A DNA stretch of 35,473 nucleotides. Source: Gammaproteobacteria bacterium. GTDB taxonomy: Bacteria; Pseudomonadota; Gammaproteobacteria; Steroidobacterales; Woeseiaceae. This document shows, one piece after another, positions 1-10,360 of the stretch (position 1 is the stretch's first letter; the number at the start of each line of letters is the position of its first letter). Under the pieces are notes generated by a model. That model searched no databases. It saw nothing but the letters and a program-made list of their open reading frames with translations, and was not told where the DNA came from. The position numbers and the translations under genes were made by a program. The stretch covers positions 1-35,473 of the forward strand of contig DAOWGY010000013.1 of the NCBI GenBank assembly GCA_030641695.1. The letters run 5' to 3'.

Positions 1-326
1 ACCGTGTAGGGGATGCGCACGAAAAAGTTGCCGCGGTGGATGACTTGCTCGCCGAGAAAATCATCCGTGTAAACCTTGCCTTCGGGCAATTCGGGCTCAC
101 CCAGCACGATGGCTGTGTCGCCGGACTCGAAGCCAAAAGCACTCTGGTACATGTAGAAGCCGTCTTCGACGGCCCAGTCGATCTCGAGTGCGTCGCCCGC
201 GTCGAACACGACGTAACGAAATACGTCCTGCGGGGGTGGCGGCTGGTCGTCCGCAGCAAACGAGGCTGCGGCCGTGAAGAGCGTTACGGTAAGCAGCAGG
301 CGAGCGATAAGCGAATGTGCATTCAT
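1..326 (-). CDS. dsbD: Thiol:disulfide interchange protein DsbD, N-terminal (periplasmic alpha-domain) part. The gene continues past the left edge.
   Basis: My own minus-strand translation from the ATG at 326-324 gives MNAHSLIARLLLTVTLFTAAASFA/ADDQPPPPQDVFRYVVFDAGDALEIDWAVEDGFYMYQSAFGFES...LPEGKVYTDDFLGEQVIHRGNFFVRIPYT. That is a signal peptide followed by the nDsbD pattern (W.I.DGYYLY ... LP.G...DEF.G...Y/H). It is absent from the ORF track because it is open at the window edge. Confidence 0.65.
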   Translation of the reverse strand, partial: MNAHSLIARLLLTVTLFTAAASFAADDQPPPPQDVFRYVVFDAGDALEIDWAVEDGFYMYQSAFGFESGDTAIVLGEPELPEGKVYTDDFLGEQVIHRGNFFVRIPYT

Positions 327-482
327 ACGTTTAAGCCACAAGCGGGAAAGTACCCTCAAATAGACCCGGATCGGGTGCCTTTTGTTTCCAAATCAGGCCA
401 GAGCGCGTCGCAGGATACCGGGGGCCGGGGCCGATGTCATCGATGTTCGTCGCGTTTTTCCACCGAAAAACCGGGTCTTGCG

Positions 483-511
483 CTTGAAATTTGGAGGCTC
501 ATGCCTATTAT
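483..511 (+). promoter_or_regulatory. Candidate sigma-32 (heat-shock) type promoter of groESL
   Basis: CTTGAAA at 483-489 is an exact match to the sigma-32 -35 core. After a 13-14 nt spacer comes (G)CCTATTAT, which only partly matches CCCCATNT. It lies about 90 nt upstream of groES and directly abuts CIRCE. Confidence 0.4.
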
Positions 512-537
512 TAGCACTCCTTACGGCCGAGTGCTAA
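511..537 (+). promoter_or_regulatory. CIRCE operator (HrcA binding site)
   Basis: Perfect consensus inverted repeat: TTAGCACTC (511-519), N9 (520-528), GAGTGCTAA (529-537). It sits 64 nt upstream of the groES ATG. Confidence 0.9.
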
Positions 538-600
538 TGGTTCGGCCAGATAGACCGCCAAAAGTCGGTTAAAAATCAATTGTTTATAGGAGAAGTACAC

Positions 601-2605
<2,005 letters not shown>

Positions 2606-2625
2606 GCCAGCCTTTCTCGCACGAC

Positions 2626-2655
2626 AAAAGCCCGGCATCCGCCGGGCTTTTTTTT
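2626..2655 (+). terminator. Rho-independent terminator of groESL
   Basis: 8-bp GC-rich stem AGCCCGGC (2629-2636) / GCCGGGCT (2641-2648), loop ATCC, then a run of 8 T (2648-2655). It lies 21 nt after the groEL stop. Confidence 0.85.
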
Positions 2656-2895
2656 GCTGGGTTTCCGGGGTTCGGGGGTTCGGGGGGTCGGACCAGCACA
2701 AGGCCCTGAATTAACAAACTTTAATAGTCTGATCGCTGCTCCTGAACACCTTAATTCAGCAATATAGGACAATAATTGGCAATTAGGACAGGGGAATTCG
2801 CACCCTTTACTAATCCGCTTTTTTGCGGCCTAAATCGCCGGATTAAGACCCCGGGCGGACGTGTTTTAGATCTAAATCTTTTTCTTTCCAACGGC

Positions 2896-3789
2896 TTACT
2901 GTGGTCCGTCCCCATGCGCGCGCAGGGCCTCGATGCGTGCGGAGATCGGCGGATGGCTCATGAACAATTTCGTGAGGCCTTTCTTGCCGCCGGAGATGCC
3001 GAATGCTCTGAGCGCTTCCGGAAGTTCGCCCGGCGTGCCACGTTCCAGCCGGGCCAGCGCATTGATCATCGGCTCGCGACCATTGAGTTTTGCCGAACCG
3101 GCATCGGCGCGAAATTCGCGCTTGCGGGATACCCACATCACGATGGTGCTGGCGAGTATGCCCAGCACGATCTGAGCGGCAATGACGGCGGCGAAATAGC
3201 CGAGACCGTGGCCTGATTCGTTGCGCAGGATTACGCGATCGACGAAGTGGCCGACAACGCGTGACAGGAAGATGACGAACGTATTCACCACGCCCTGAAC
3301 CAGGGTCAAGGTGACCATGTCGCCATTCGCAACGTGCGATATCTCGTGCGCGAGCACAGCCTCGATTTCCTCTTTCGGCATGCCGTTCAAGAGTCCGGTG
3401 CTGACCGCGACGAGTGCTGAATTGCGCCGCGCCCCGGTTGCAAATGCGTTCATGTCGGGGGCGTCGTAGATGGCGACCTCGGGCATGTCGATCCCGGCTT
3501 CGCGCGCCTGCCGCTGAACTGTGGCTAGTAACCACGACTCGGCGGAATTCGATGGCTGCGTGATGACGCGGGCGCCGGTGGAGCGCTTGGCCATCCACTT
3601 TGATATAGCCAGTGAGATAAACGAGCCGCCGAATCCGATCACAGCGGAAAGGATCAGCAAGGCCTTGTAATCGATGCCGACCTGTTTCTCGTCGAGGATC
3701 GAGTCAACGCCAAGAAGACGCAGGACGATGCTGAGGACCAGGATGACCGCGAGGTTTGTCGCAATAAACAAGGCGACACGTTTAATCAT
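2896..3789 (-). CDS. htpX: Membrane zinc metalloprotease HtpX (peptidase M48)
   Basis: [19 protein letters not shown]..., HEISH zinc motif ([11 protein letters not shown]), and four hydrophobic segments. Start set at the ATG at 3789 with a GGAG RBS. The ORF-track start at 3846 adds 19 implausible residues. Confidence 0.9.
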   Translation of the reverse strand: MIKRVALFIATNLAVILVLSIVLRLLGVDSILDEKQVGIDYKALLILSAVIGFGGSFISLAISKWMAKRSTGARVITQPSNSAESWLLATVQRQAREAGIDMPEVAIYDAPDMNAFATGARRNSALVAVSTGLLNGMPKEEIEAVLAHEISHVANGDMVTLTLVQGVVNTFVIFLSRVVGHFVDRVILRNESGHGLGYFAAVIAAQIVLGILASTIVMWVSRKREFRADAGSAKLNGREPMINALARLERGTPGELPEALRAFGISGGKKGLTKLFMSHPPISARIEALRAHGDGPQ

Positions 3790-3885
3790 TGTCGAGACTC
3801 CGTGTGGATCAAGCCACAGTGTTGATGACGATTTGGACGAATTCAAGGACCATGGCCCTTCCCGGTCCTGATGCTCAGAAGACCT

Positions 3886-4632
3886 CTATCGGGCGTTTTC
3901 CTGATCCCGGGGAACATACAGGAATGAGGCTTCACGCCCGATGTGGCCGACTGCAAAAATCCGGTACCCGGCGTCATGCAGGCGGGCGAGTGCGCGCCGC
4001 GTCGCCCTCAATCCAATGCCTTTGAAGCGATGGTGAAACTCCACGAGTATCTGGGTTGGCCGCACCGCGGAATCAAGCAGACTATCCAGGACTTCGTATT
4101 CGGCCCCTTCGATGTCTATTTTCAGGATGTCGATGTTTTTGTCACCGAGTTTGTCCTGAAGCGAGGCGATCGTGTACGCCGGCACTTCGATCGCGGCTTC
4201 GGTGGATGCGGCGTCGGGCGCCAGTGTGTACATGACGTCCGACCGGTTACCGCTCTTGCTGACCCGAGGGTACAGAGTCAGGGTACCGTCCTCGCCTGAG
4301 GCGGCCCAGGCGTGAGAGTGGAATTGCTGCGGCAGGTCGCTTGCATCAAGGGTGCCCCTGATTCCAGGGGTCGGATCGAACGCGTGCACGGTTGCTCCGG
4401 TTCGTTCGATCAAGGCAAGGTCAAAATCGATGTTGTCGCCGATGCCCAGTGAATACACGACACTTCGCTCGTCGAGGTCGCGGTCATCGTAGTACCAGCC
4501 GCCGTCGTGGGTGAATGGGATATCGATTTCGGGGGCAATCCACAATTCCTGTCCGATCAGCCGTCTCAGCCACATTTTCCCGCGCTGATAACGGGGAGCG
4601 GTCTCGAATCGCTTCCATGCTGCAATGGCCAT
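3886..4632 (-). CDS. FkbM-family SAM-dependent methyltransferase
   Basis: 248 aa with a VYSLGIGDNIDFD glycine-rich loop and LKIDIEGAEYEVL, both typical of the Methyltransf_21/FkbM family. Confidence 0.7.
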   Translation of the reverse strand: MAIAAWKRFETAPRYQRGKMWLRRLIGQELWIAPEIDIPFTHDGGWYYDDRDLDERSVVYSLGIGDNIDFDLALIERTGATVHAFDPTPGIRGTLDASDLPQQFHSHAWAASGEDGTLTLYPRVSKSGNRSDVMYTLAPDAASTEAAIEVPAYTIASLQDKLGDKNIDILKIDIEGAEYEVLDSLLDSAVRPTQILVEFHHRFKGIGLRATRRALARLHDAGYRIFAVGHIGREASFLYVPRDQENAR

Positions 4633-4664
4633 GCGGATCTACCTGGTGCCCGGGGTGCTCGATA

Positions 4665-5288
4665 CTATACGCGATCGATCCGAATTCTCTGAGCACTGGC
4701 ATAGCGCTTCCAGAGACGAACGCCGAGCAGAACGCCCAGTATCGCTGCGTAGATAAGCGGTTCCTGAATGTCCTTCTTGACCTGCCACCAGTAATGCCAG
4801 ACGCCGAGCACGCCAACGACATAGGCGCCGTAATGCAGTTGCTGCCAGCGTTTGCCCAGTCGGCGACGCATAGCGTTGGTCGATGTAATCGCCATGGCGG
4901 TCAGTATGAGCAATGCCGTGAATCCGAGCGTAATGAAGGGTCGCTCGGCAATATCCTCGACGATCGCCGACCACAACACCCCCTGGTCGAGGATCATCCA
5001 GGCCAAAAAGTGCATGACCACGTAGAAGAACGCTATGAGGCCAAACATGCGCCGAAATCTTGTGAGCCAGTTCCAGCCCGTGATGCGTCTCAGCGGCGTC
5101 ACTGCGAGCGTGATCAAGATGAAGCGCAGTCCCCAGTTACCGAAACGATCCTGAATCTCTTCCACCGGGTTGGCGCCGAGGCTGCCGGTGATGTCGAACG
5201 TGTCGGTCGCGACCAGCACCGCCGGCACGAGAGACAGCAGCAACACGATCGGCTTCCAGACGAAGCGAATCTGCGTGAGAGTATTCAA
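4665..5288 (-). CDS. msrQ: Protein-methionine-sulfoxide reductase heme-binding subunit MsrQ (YedZ)
   Basis: 207 aa, about 6 TM segments, with conserved His-containing helices (FFYVVMHFLAW, LHYGAYVVG). It lies immediately downstream of msrP with a 15-nt gap. Confidence 0.85.
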   Translation of the reverse strand: MNTLTQIRFVWKPIVLLLSLVPAVLVATDTFDITGSLGANPVEEIQDRFGNWGLRFILITLAVTPLRRITGWNWLTRFRRMFGLIAFFYVVMHFLAWMILDQGVLWSAIVEDIAERPFITLGFTALLILTAMAITSTNAMRRRLGKRWQQLHYGAYVVGVLGVWHYWWQVKKDIQEPLIYAAILGVLLGVRLWKRYASAQRIRIDRV

Positions 5289-5303
5289 TGAACGGTTCAG
5301 GGC

Positions 5304-6263
5304 CTAGTAGTTCTTGCGGAGATCGAGATCTTTATAAAGGTGTGCGACCTGTTCACCATAGCCGTTGAACATCAGGGTCGGCTGTTTGGCAGCGAAACGA
5401 TCGCTGCCAATACGCCGTTCACGGGCCTGGCTCCAGCGCGGATGACTTACATCCGGGTTGACGTTGGCGTAGAAACCGTATTCCCAGGGTTGCGCGATGT
5501 TCCAGCTCGACGCAGGTCGCTTTTCCACAAAGCTTATTCGAACAATCCCCTTGATGCCCTTGAAGCCGTATTTCCAGGGCACGACAAGACGAATCGGTGC
5601 GCCGTTCGGGTTTGGCAGCGCTTCCCCGTACAGGCCCACGGCCAGGATTGCGAGCGGGTTGGTCGCTTCCTCGATTGTCAGGCCCTCGCGGTAGGGCCAT
5701 TCGAGTACCTGTCGCTTTTGGCCCGGCATGCGCCGCGGATCCTGTAGTGTCTCGAACGCGACGTATTTTGCTTTTGACGTTGGTTGATAACGTTTCACCA
5801 CGTCGGCCAGCGAGATACCGACCCACGGGATCACCATGGACCAGGCTTCCACGCAGCGCATGCGGTAAATGCGTTCCTCCAGATCGAACGGTTTGATGAA
5901 ATCGTCGAATTCGAACGATCCCGTTTTCTCGGCGTGACCGTCGACAGTGATGCGCCACGGGAGTGGCTCGAACTCGGTCGTGTGGATTGCCGGGTCCTGC
6001 TTCGCCGTTCCGAACTCCCAGTAATTATTGTAGGTCGTGACATCGTCGAAACTGGTTGGCGCCTCATCGGTACTGAACTTGCTGCTGGAGATGTCGGGGA
6101 GTTTTGCGAACTCATTGCGCGGCACGACCGCAGCAAATGCCGAAGGTGCCAGTGCAATGCCACCGGCGGCCGCGCCTGCCTTGATGAACTGGCGGCGGTT
6201 GACGTAATTGTCTTTACTCGTGATCTCCGACGGGCGGATATCCGATGGCCTTCCGATCAGCAA
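5304..6263 (-). CDS. msrP: Periplasmic protein-methionine-sulfoxide reductase, molybdopterin catalytic subunit MsrP (YedY)
   Basis: 319 aa with a twin-arginine signal (NRRQFIKAGAAAGGIALAPSAFA) and YedY-like blocks (YRMRCVEAWSMVIPWVG, GAPIRLVVPWKYGFK). Confidence 0.9.
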   Translation of the reverse strand: MLIGRPSDIRPSEITSKDNYVNRRQFIKAGAAAGGIALAPSAFAAVVPRNEFAKLPDISSSKFSTDEAPTSFDDVTTYNNYWEFGTAKQDPAIHTTEFEPLPWRITVDGHAEKTGSFEFDDFIKPFDLEERIYRMRCVEAWSMVIPWVGISLADVVKRYQPTSKAKYVAFETLQDPRRMPGQKRQVLEWPYREGLTIEEATNPLAILAVGLYGEALPNPNGAPIRLVVPWKYGFKGIKGIVRISFVEKRPASSWNIAQPWEYGFYANVNPDVSHPRWSQARERRIGSDRFAAKQPTLMFNGYGEQVAHLYKDLDLRKNY

Positions 6264-6330
6264 CGTTTCTCTCCAGGTGTCGTCTCTGTCATATTAGACC
6301 AAGTCAAAGCCCGGAATATTGCACCAGGTC

Positions 6331-6744
6331 ATGATTCAACGATCATCTCTCGATTTCCGCCGTCTGCTGCTCGTCTACTACGCGGCGACGATCATATTCC
6401 TCATGCTCGACTATGGCTTCAACGTAAACGTTCGCGTCGCCGCCCTCGAGGCATTTCCGGGTCTCAGGGCAGGCTACTACCTGGTGATCCTCGCCTGTCT
6501 CGGGCTGATGTTGTGGCGTCCAGCGTGGACCACGGCAATTGGCGTCGTCGAGTCATTGGCGACGCTGGTTGCTCTCATCATGAACATGGCGCTGCGCTCC
6601 ATGATCGTGACGGATCAAATGCTGGAAACAGGCGTAGGTTTCATCACGACGGCCGAAATCTTCAACTTCCTCATCTCGGGCTCGATCGCATATTTTTCCT
6701 GGCATCGTGGCATGACGCAGCTGTTCGGCCCGCCGCGGGTCTGA
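6331..6744 (+). CDS. Hypothetical small multi-pass membrane protein
   Basis: About 137 aa with 4 hydrophobic helices. I do not recognise a family. Start uncertain: ATG at 6331 or TTG at 6319. Confidence 0.5.
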   Translation: MIQRSSLDFRRLLLVYYAATIIFLMLDYGFNVNVRVAALEAFPGLRAGYYLVILACLGLMLWRPAWTTAIGVVESLATLVALIMNMALRSMIVTDQMLETGVGFITTAEIFNFLISGSIAYFSWHRGMTQLFGPPRV

Positions 6745-6913
6745 CCCCAAATTCCGTGCCAGTATCGTCGAAATGTAGCTAACTTCGGGAAAGTTCCGAG
6801 AATTTTCGCCGATTGTGCCGATCCAAGTCATTAAGGCTCTGTTAATGCGGGCATATTAGGCTTGATATCAAAGCAGACAGCACCACGTCTGGGCGACTGG
6901 AGAGGACGGCGAC

Positions 6914-7636
6914 ATGAGCGAGAGACTTACAAATATCGTCAGGACGAGCGCGCGCATCGCGCCTGCGGCAGCGCTTCACGTTGAAGTCATTGCCGACCTG
7001 GTCTGCCCGTTCTGTTATCTCGGTAAGCGGCGCCTCGACAACGCCATGGAGGCCGTGCAGGGGCCGAGTGACGTCAGCTGGTTTCCCTACCAATTGAACC
7101 CTGACATGCCCAATGAAGGACTGTCATTCGACGAGTACCTGACGCTGCGCTTCGGCAGCCCGGCAAACATTCAACCGGGTCTCGATCAGCTTGTGGCCGA
7201 AGGTCGCGAAGAGGACATCGACTTTCGCTTTGATCGCATCGAGCGTGTGCCAAATACGCTTCACGTGCACCAGGTCATGTACCTGGCGGAAGCCGAGGGC
7301 AAAGATCAGACGGCCCTCGCCGAGGAACTCATGAAGGCATTTTTCGAGCGTGGAGAGAACATTGCTGACGAGGAGATCCTGATCGAACTCGCGGGCCGGC
7401 ACGGCCTTTCGCCGAAAGATGTCGCACGCATCATCGATGACGAAGCAGCGAAACAGGTCGTGTTGTCCAGGGAAGCACAGGTTCGTGCCAGCGGCATCGG
7501 CGGTGTTCCCGGGTTTCTCCTGAACCGGCGCCTGTTGATGATCGGCGCTCAGGATACGGACGCGATGGTTAACGCTTTCGATCGCGCCATGTTCGGCGAA
7601 GGCAATGACAGCATCGTGTCACCGGCTCTGCACTAG
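6914..7636 (+). CDS. DsbA-family thiol oxidoreductase (FrnE / 2-hydroxychromene-2-carboxylate isomerase-like)
   Basis: 240 aa. VIADLVCPFCYLGKRRL carries a CPFC active site near the N-terminus, and GVPGF lies near the C-terminus. No signal peptide. GGAGAGG RBS. Confidence 0.8.
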   Translation: MSERLTNIVRTSARIAPAAALHVEVIADLVCPFCYLGKRRLDNAMEAVQGPSDVSWFPYQLNPDMPNEGLSFDEYLTLRFGSPANIQPGLDQLVAEGREEDIDFRFDRIERVPNTLHVHQVMYLAEAEGKDQTALAEELMKAFFERGENIADEEILIELAGRHGLSPKDVARIIDDEAAKQVVLSREAQVRASGIGGVPGFLLNRRLLMIGAQDTDAMVNAFDRAMFGEGNDSIVSPALH

Positions 7637-8577
7637 CTCATCGAAACCAGCCAGTCGATCATCACGCGGTTAACTTCGTCTGGCTTTTCCTGCTGGCTCC
7701 AGTGGCCGCAATTTTCCAGCATGTGAATCTCGAGGTTCGCGACAAACGGTTTCATGGCCTCGATATGCTCCGGGGCAATGATCACGTCGTCGACAGCCCC
7801 GATAAACAGGGTGGGAATATCGATGTGCTGGTCGACGCCTTCCAGGGTCTCCCAGTTGTGCGTCCAGTTCCGATACCAGTTGATCGGCCCACTGAAACCA
7901 GTCCTGGTGAACGCGTTCGCGAAGTAATTACGCTCCTCACTGGAAAGCAGTGGCTCACCGCCCGATTCCTTGCGCGCCATGACCTTCAGCAGACTCAGCG
8001 ACTTCATCTCGGCCGGCAACTGGTCGAACTGCTGCCGTGAGATGTGCTTGCGGCGCATCATCATGTCGAAGAAATGCTCAGGGTTGTCGGCGAAAACCCG
8101 GTCGGCCTCGTCCGAGTCCTGGAAGTTGACGATGTAAAAGTCGTCGCCGAAGCGCTGGCGCATGATCTGGATCGGGTCCACGGGCGCGCGCGGGTAGTGC
8201 GGTATGTTGAGAACGATCATCCCGTCAATACGCTCCGGGTTGCGCATCGCCATCTGCCACAGGATGAGTGCGCCCCAGTCATGACCGGCAAAAGTCGCCG
8301 ACTCGAGTTCGAGAGCATCGAGCAGGCCGTGAACGTCGGCGATCAGTTCCTCGATGCGGTAGTCACTGACGTCAGCTGGTACGTAGGACTGACCGTAGCC
8401 GCGCTGGTCGGGTGCGATGGCCCTGAAACCGGCCATGGCGAGTGCCGGCAGCTGGTGTCTCCAGGAAAACGCAAGCTCCGGAAAGCCGTGCAGCATGACC
8501 ACAGCAGGGCCGTCACCCTGCTCGTAAACAGCCATACGGATGCCGTTGGTATCGATCATCGATGGTTCGGGAAACAT
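7633..8577 (-). CDS. Alpha/beta hydrolase, epoxide-hydrolase-like
   Basis: HGFPELAFSWRHQ (HGxP oxyanion motif), GHDWGA nucleophile elbow with Asp, and a C-terminal GHWSQQEKPDEV. The true start may be an internal Met (MIDTNG...). Confidence 0.8.
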   Translation of the reverse strand: MFPEPSMIDTNGIRMAVYEQGDGPAVVMLHGFPELAFSWRHQLPALAMAGFRAIAPDQRGYGQSYVPADVSDYRIEELIADVHGLLDALELESATFAGHDWGALILWQMAMRNPERIDGMIVLNIPHYPRAPVDPIQIMRQRFGDDFYIVNFQDSDEADRVFADNPEHFFDMMMRRKHISRQQFDQLPAEMKSLSLLKVMARKESGGEPLLSSEERNYFANAFTRTGFSGPINWYRNWTHNWETLEGVDQHIDIPTLFIGAVDDVIIAPEHIEAMKPFVANLEIHMLENCGHWSQQEKPDEVNRVMIDWLVSMS

Positions 8578-8622
8578 GTGCAGGCTCTCCGCAATTACTC
8601 GCCATTGATCACTTGGCGATGA

Positions 8623-8985
8623 TCACTCGGCATTGCTGGCGCAGTCGATACAGAGTCGCACCGTCGGATCGACCTCCAGGCGCTTTGGATTGATCGCTTC
8701 CTCGCAACCCTGGCAGATGCCGAAGTCGCCATTATCGATGCGTTTCAAGGCGGCTTCGATCTCCCTCAATAGCGCTGTCCGTCGCTGCCCCGATGCCTGT
8801 GCCATCGCCTGCGCTTGCATCGCGTCCATGCGCGAAAGCCTGCCGACCTTCGACTGGTCGAGTTCGACGACGGCTGCGGATTCCTCGCCTGTCGCGGCAA
8901 CGCTTTCCAGCTGCTCGCGAAGCGCTATGAGCTTGTTCTTCTGCAATTCCATGGCCGTCGCCATCGTACTGCATTTTGTGGCCAC
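8623..8985 (-). CDS. TraR/DksA-family C4 zinc-finger protein
   Basis: A C-terminal CQGCEEAI...RLCIDC four-Cys finger preceded by a coiled-coil-like region. Start uncertain: GTG at 8985, ATG at 8964 or ATG at 8952. Confidence 0.75.
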   Translation of the reverse strand: MATKCSTMATAMELQKNKLIALREQLESVAATGEESAAVVELDQSKVGRLSRMDAMQAQAMAQASGQRRTALLREIEAALKRIDNGDFGICQGCEEAINPKRLEVDPTVRLCIDCASNAE

Positions 8986-9083
8986 ACGTGCCTGCCTGGG
9001 AGTGATAACGAGAAACAGGGCGCTGTAATAAACGCCCGCTCACGGGTGTCTTTATAAGCACTTCTGATGTCGGCGTACTTGTA

Positions 9084-10043
9084 ATGAAAAGCGCAATCTC
9101 CATTCTCGTCCTGTCCGTCACGACCCTGGGGCTTATTGCTCCGGCGGTGCCGGCACCTGCCGTCCCGGAGACGACGATCGTCGACGGGGCAGGCTTTATT
9201 GCGTCGCGCGACTCGAACCACGCACCATTGCTGCTCAAATTCTGGGCGACGTGGTGCGTCGCCTGCCTGCAGGAAATGCCTGCCTACATTGAACTCCATG
9301 AGATATATGGCGAGCGGGTGCGGTTTCTCGCCGTCAATGTCGCTGTCAGCGATCCGATCGAACGCGTCATCGACGCCGTTGAGAGTTTCGGCCTGCGGAT
9401 GCCAATCGCATACGACGAGACCGGTGAGTTGTGGGACATGTTCGACGTCGTCGGCACGCCCGCGTACGTACTTCTGGATCGGAGTGGTAACGTCGCCTTC
9501 CGCTCCTACGGCCATAACGAGGAACTGGTCGTGGCACTCGACAACGTGGTGACGCCGATTCGCGATGACAGCGCTGAACCGGAAGATAGTGGCCCGGTCG
9601 ATCGCACCACATCCGGCGATTCAATACTGCGCGACATCGACGGCAATGTCGTCGACTTGTCAGCCAGCAATGGCGACGTCCTCGTCAGCTATCATTTCGC
9701 CACCTGGTGCATGTCATACGTGAAGGAGTCGTATCCTGAGCTGTCCGGAAAATGCCGCGATTTCGACGAGCAGATTCGATCGCTCGAGACGCTGGCGCAC
9801 CTGCGGTTGGTCGCGTTCGCAACGGCCTACAGCACGAACAAGGACGGGGTCGTAAGATTTCGTGACACCAGGGGCATCGACTACCCGGTGATTTTCGACG
9901 CGGGCAATGCCTACGGGTCGAACTACGGAACGCGGAGTTTTCCCCATCTGACGGTCGTAGCGCCTGGCGGCAAAGTCATCTTCTCCGGCGATCACGTGCC
10001 CGCTGATATTCGCGAGCTGGTCGCAGGCGCGATGCGTCACTGA
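9084..10043 (+). CDS. Secreted protein with two TlpA/redoxin-like thioredoxin-fold domains
   Basis: Signal peptide MKSAISILVLSVTTLGLIAPAVPA. Domain 1 has FWATWCVACLQEMP (CxxC) and GTPAYVLLDRSG. Domain 2 has HFATWCMSY (second Cys replaced) and FPHLTVVAPGG. Confidence 0.7.
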   Translation: MKSAISILVLSVTTLGLIAPAVPAPAVPETTIVDGAGFIASRDSNHAPLLLKFWATWCVACLQEMPAYIELHEIYGERVRFLAVNVAVSDPIERVIDAVESFGLRMPIAYDETGELWDMFDVVGTPAYVLLDRSGNVAFRSYGHNEELVVALDNVVTPIRDDSAEPEDSGPVDRTTSGDSILRDIDGNVVDLSASNGDVLVSYHFATWCMSYVKESYPELSGKCRDFDEQIRSLETLAHLRLVAFATAYSTNKDGVVRFRDTRGIDYPVIFDAGNAYGSNYGTRSFPHLTVVAPGGKVIFSGDHVPADIRELVAGAMRH

Positions 10044-10084
10044 GCGGGCATAACTTGTGTTTTGGGCGGCTTAACGCTACTTTT

Positions 10085-10360
10085 CCGCCCAAGACGTTGA
10101 AGGGGACGAACAGGCGGGCCACTCAGGCCTGAGCGACCGGGGGATGGTGTGAGCCCCGGGCCGGAATTCGCCGAATATCACCCCGGAGTCGCTGCCCGAA
10201 AGATTGTCGAATAGGCGCAGCCGCCTGGTCCACGAGACGGACGTCGGGTCAGGAGACCCTTGAGGCGCCCCTGGAAACAGACCTGGGTCGCGAAGCCGGG
10301 TGGTACCGCGATGAATTCAATCGCCCCGGACGCTTTTGGCGTCCGGGGCGATGTCGTTTT
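10085..10360 (+). promoter_or_regulatory. T-box leader (tRNA-sensing riboswitch), Ile specifier, transcription-attenuation type
   Basis: - T-box 13-mer GGGTGGTACCGCG at 10298-10310.
- Antiterminator: CCGGG (10296-10300) pairs with CCCGG (10325-10329); 7-nt bulge UGGUACC; GCG/CGC upper helix.
- Stem-I-like hairpin CCGGGG (10137-10142) / CCCCGG (10154-10159) with a GGTGTGA distal-loop motif (10146-10152), preceded by an AGCGA AG-bulge-like motif (10132-10136).
- GAA-U-AUC-A specifier context, with AUC at 10177-10179.
- The 5' boundary is approximate. A possible promoter is TTGTGT (10055-10060), 17 nt, TACTTT (10078-10083). Confidence 0.8.
10321..10360 (+). terminator. Attenuator terminator of the ileS T-box leader
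   Basis: Perfect 13-bp stem TCGCCCCGGACGC (10321-10333) / GCGTCCGGGGCGA (10339-10351), loop TTTTG, then TGTCGTTTT. Its 5' arm overlaps the 3' strand of the antiterminator, so the two structures are mutually exclusive. Confidence 0.8.

Noticed and set aside
36-572. 178-aa plus-strand ORF at the left end
   Set aside because: It runs antisense to a well-supported dsbD N-terminus and then through the groESL promoter and CIRCE region. It has no RBS and a low-complexity Arg/Gly-rich translation. It is a shadow ORF.
3790-3885. Sigma-32-type promoter upstream of htpX (CCTTGAA on the minus strand at 3848-3842)
   Set aside because: The -35-like heptamer is present, but I found no convincing CCCCATNT-like -10 at the right spacing. 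It is too weak to call.
5784-6782. 332-aa plus-strand ORF overlapping msrP
   Set aside because: It is antisense to msrP and out of frame through the small membrane-protein gene. It is Arg-rich and has no recognisable domain.
10064-10090. GGGCGG...CCGCCC hairpin after the redoxin gene as a terminator
   Set aside because: There is no U-tract after the stem. It overlaps the putative promoter and 5' end of the T-box leader, so its role is ambiguous.
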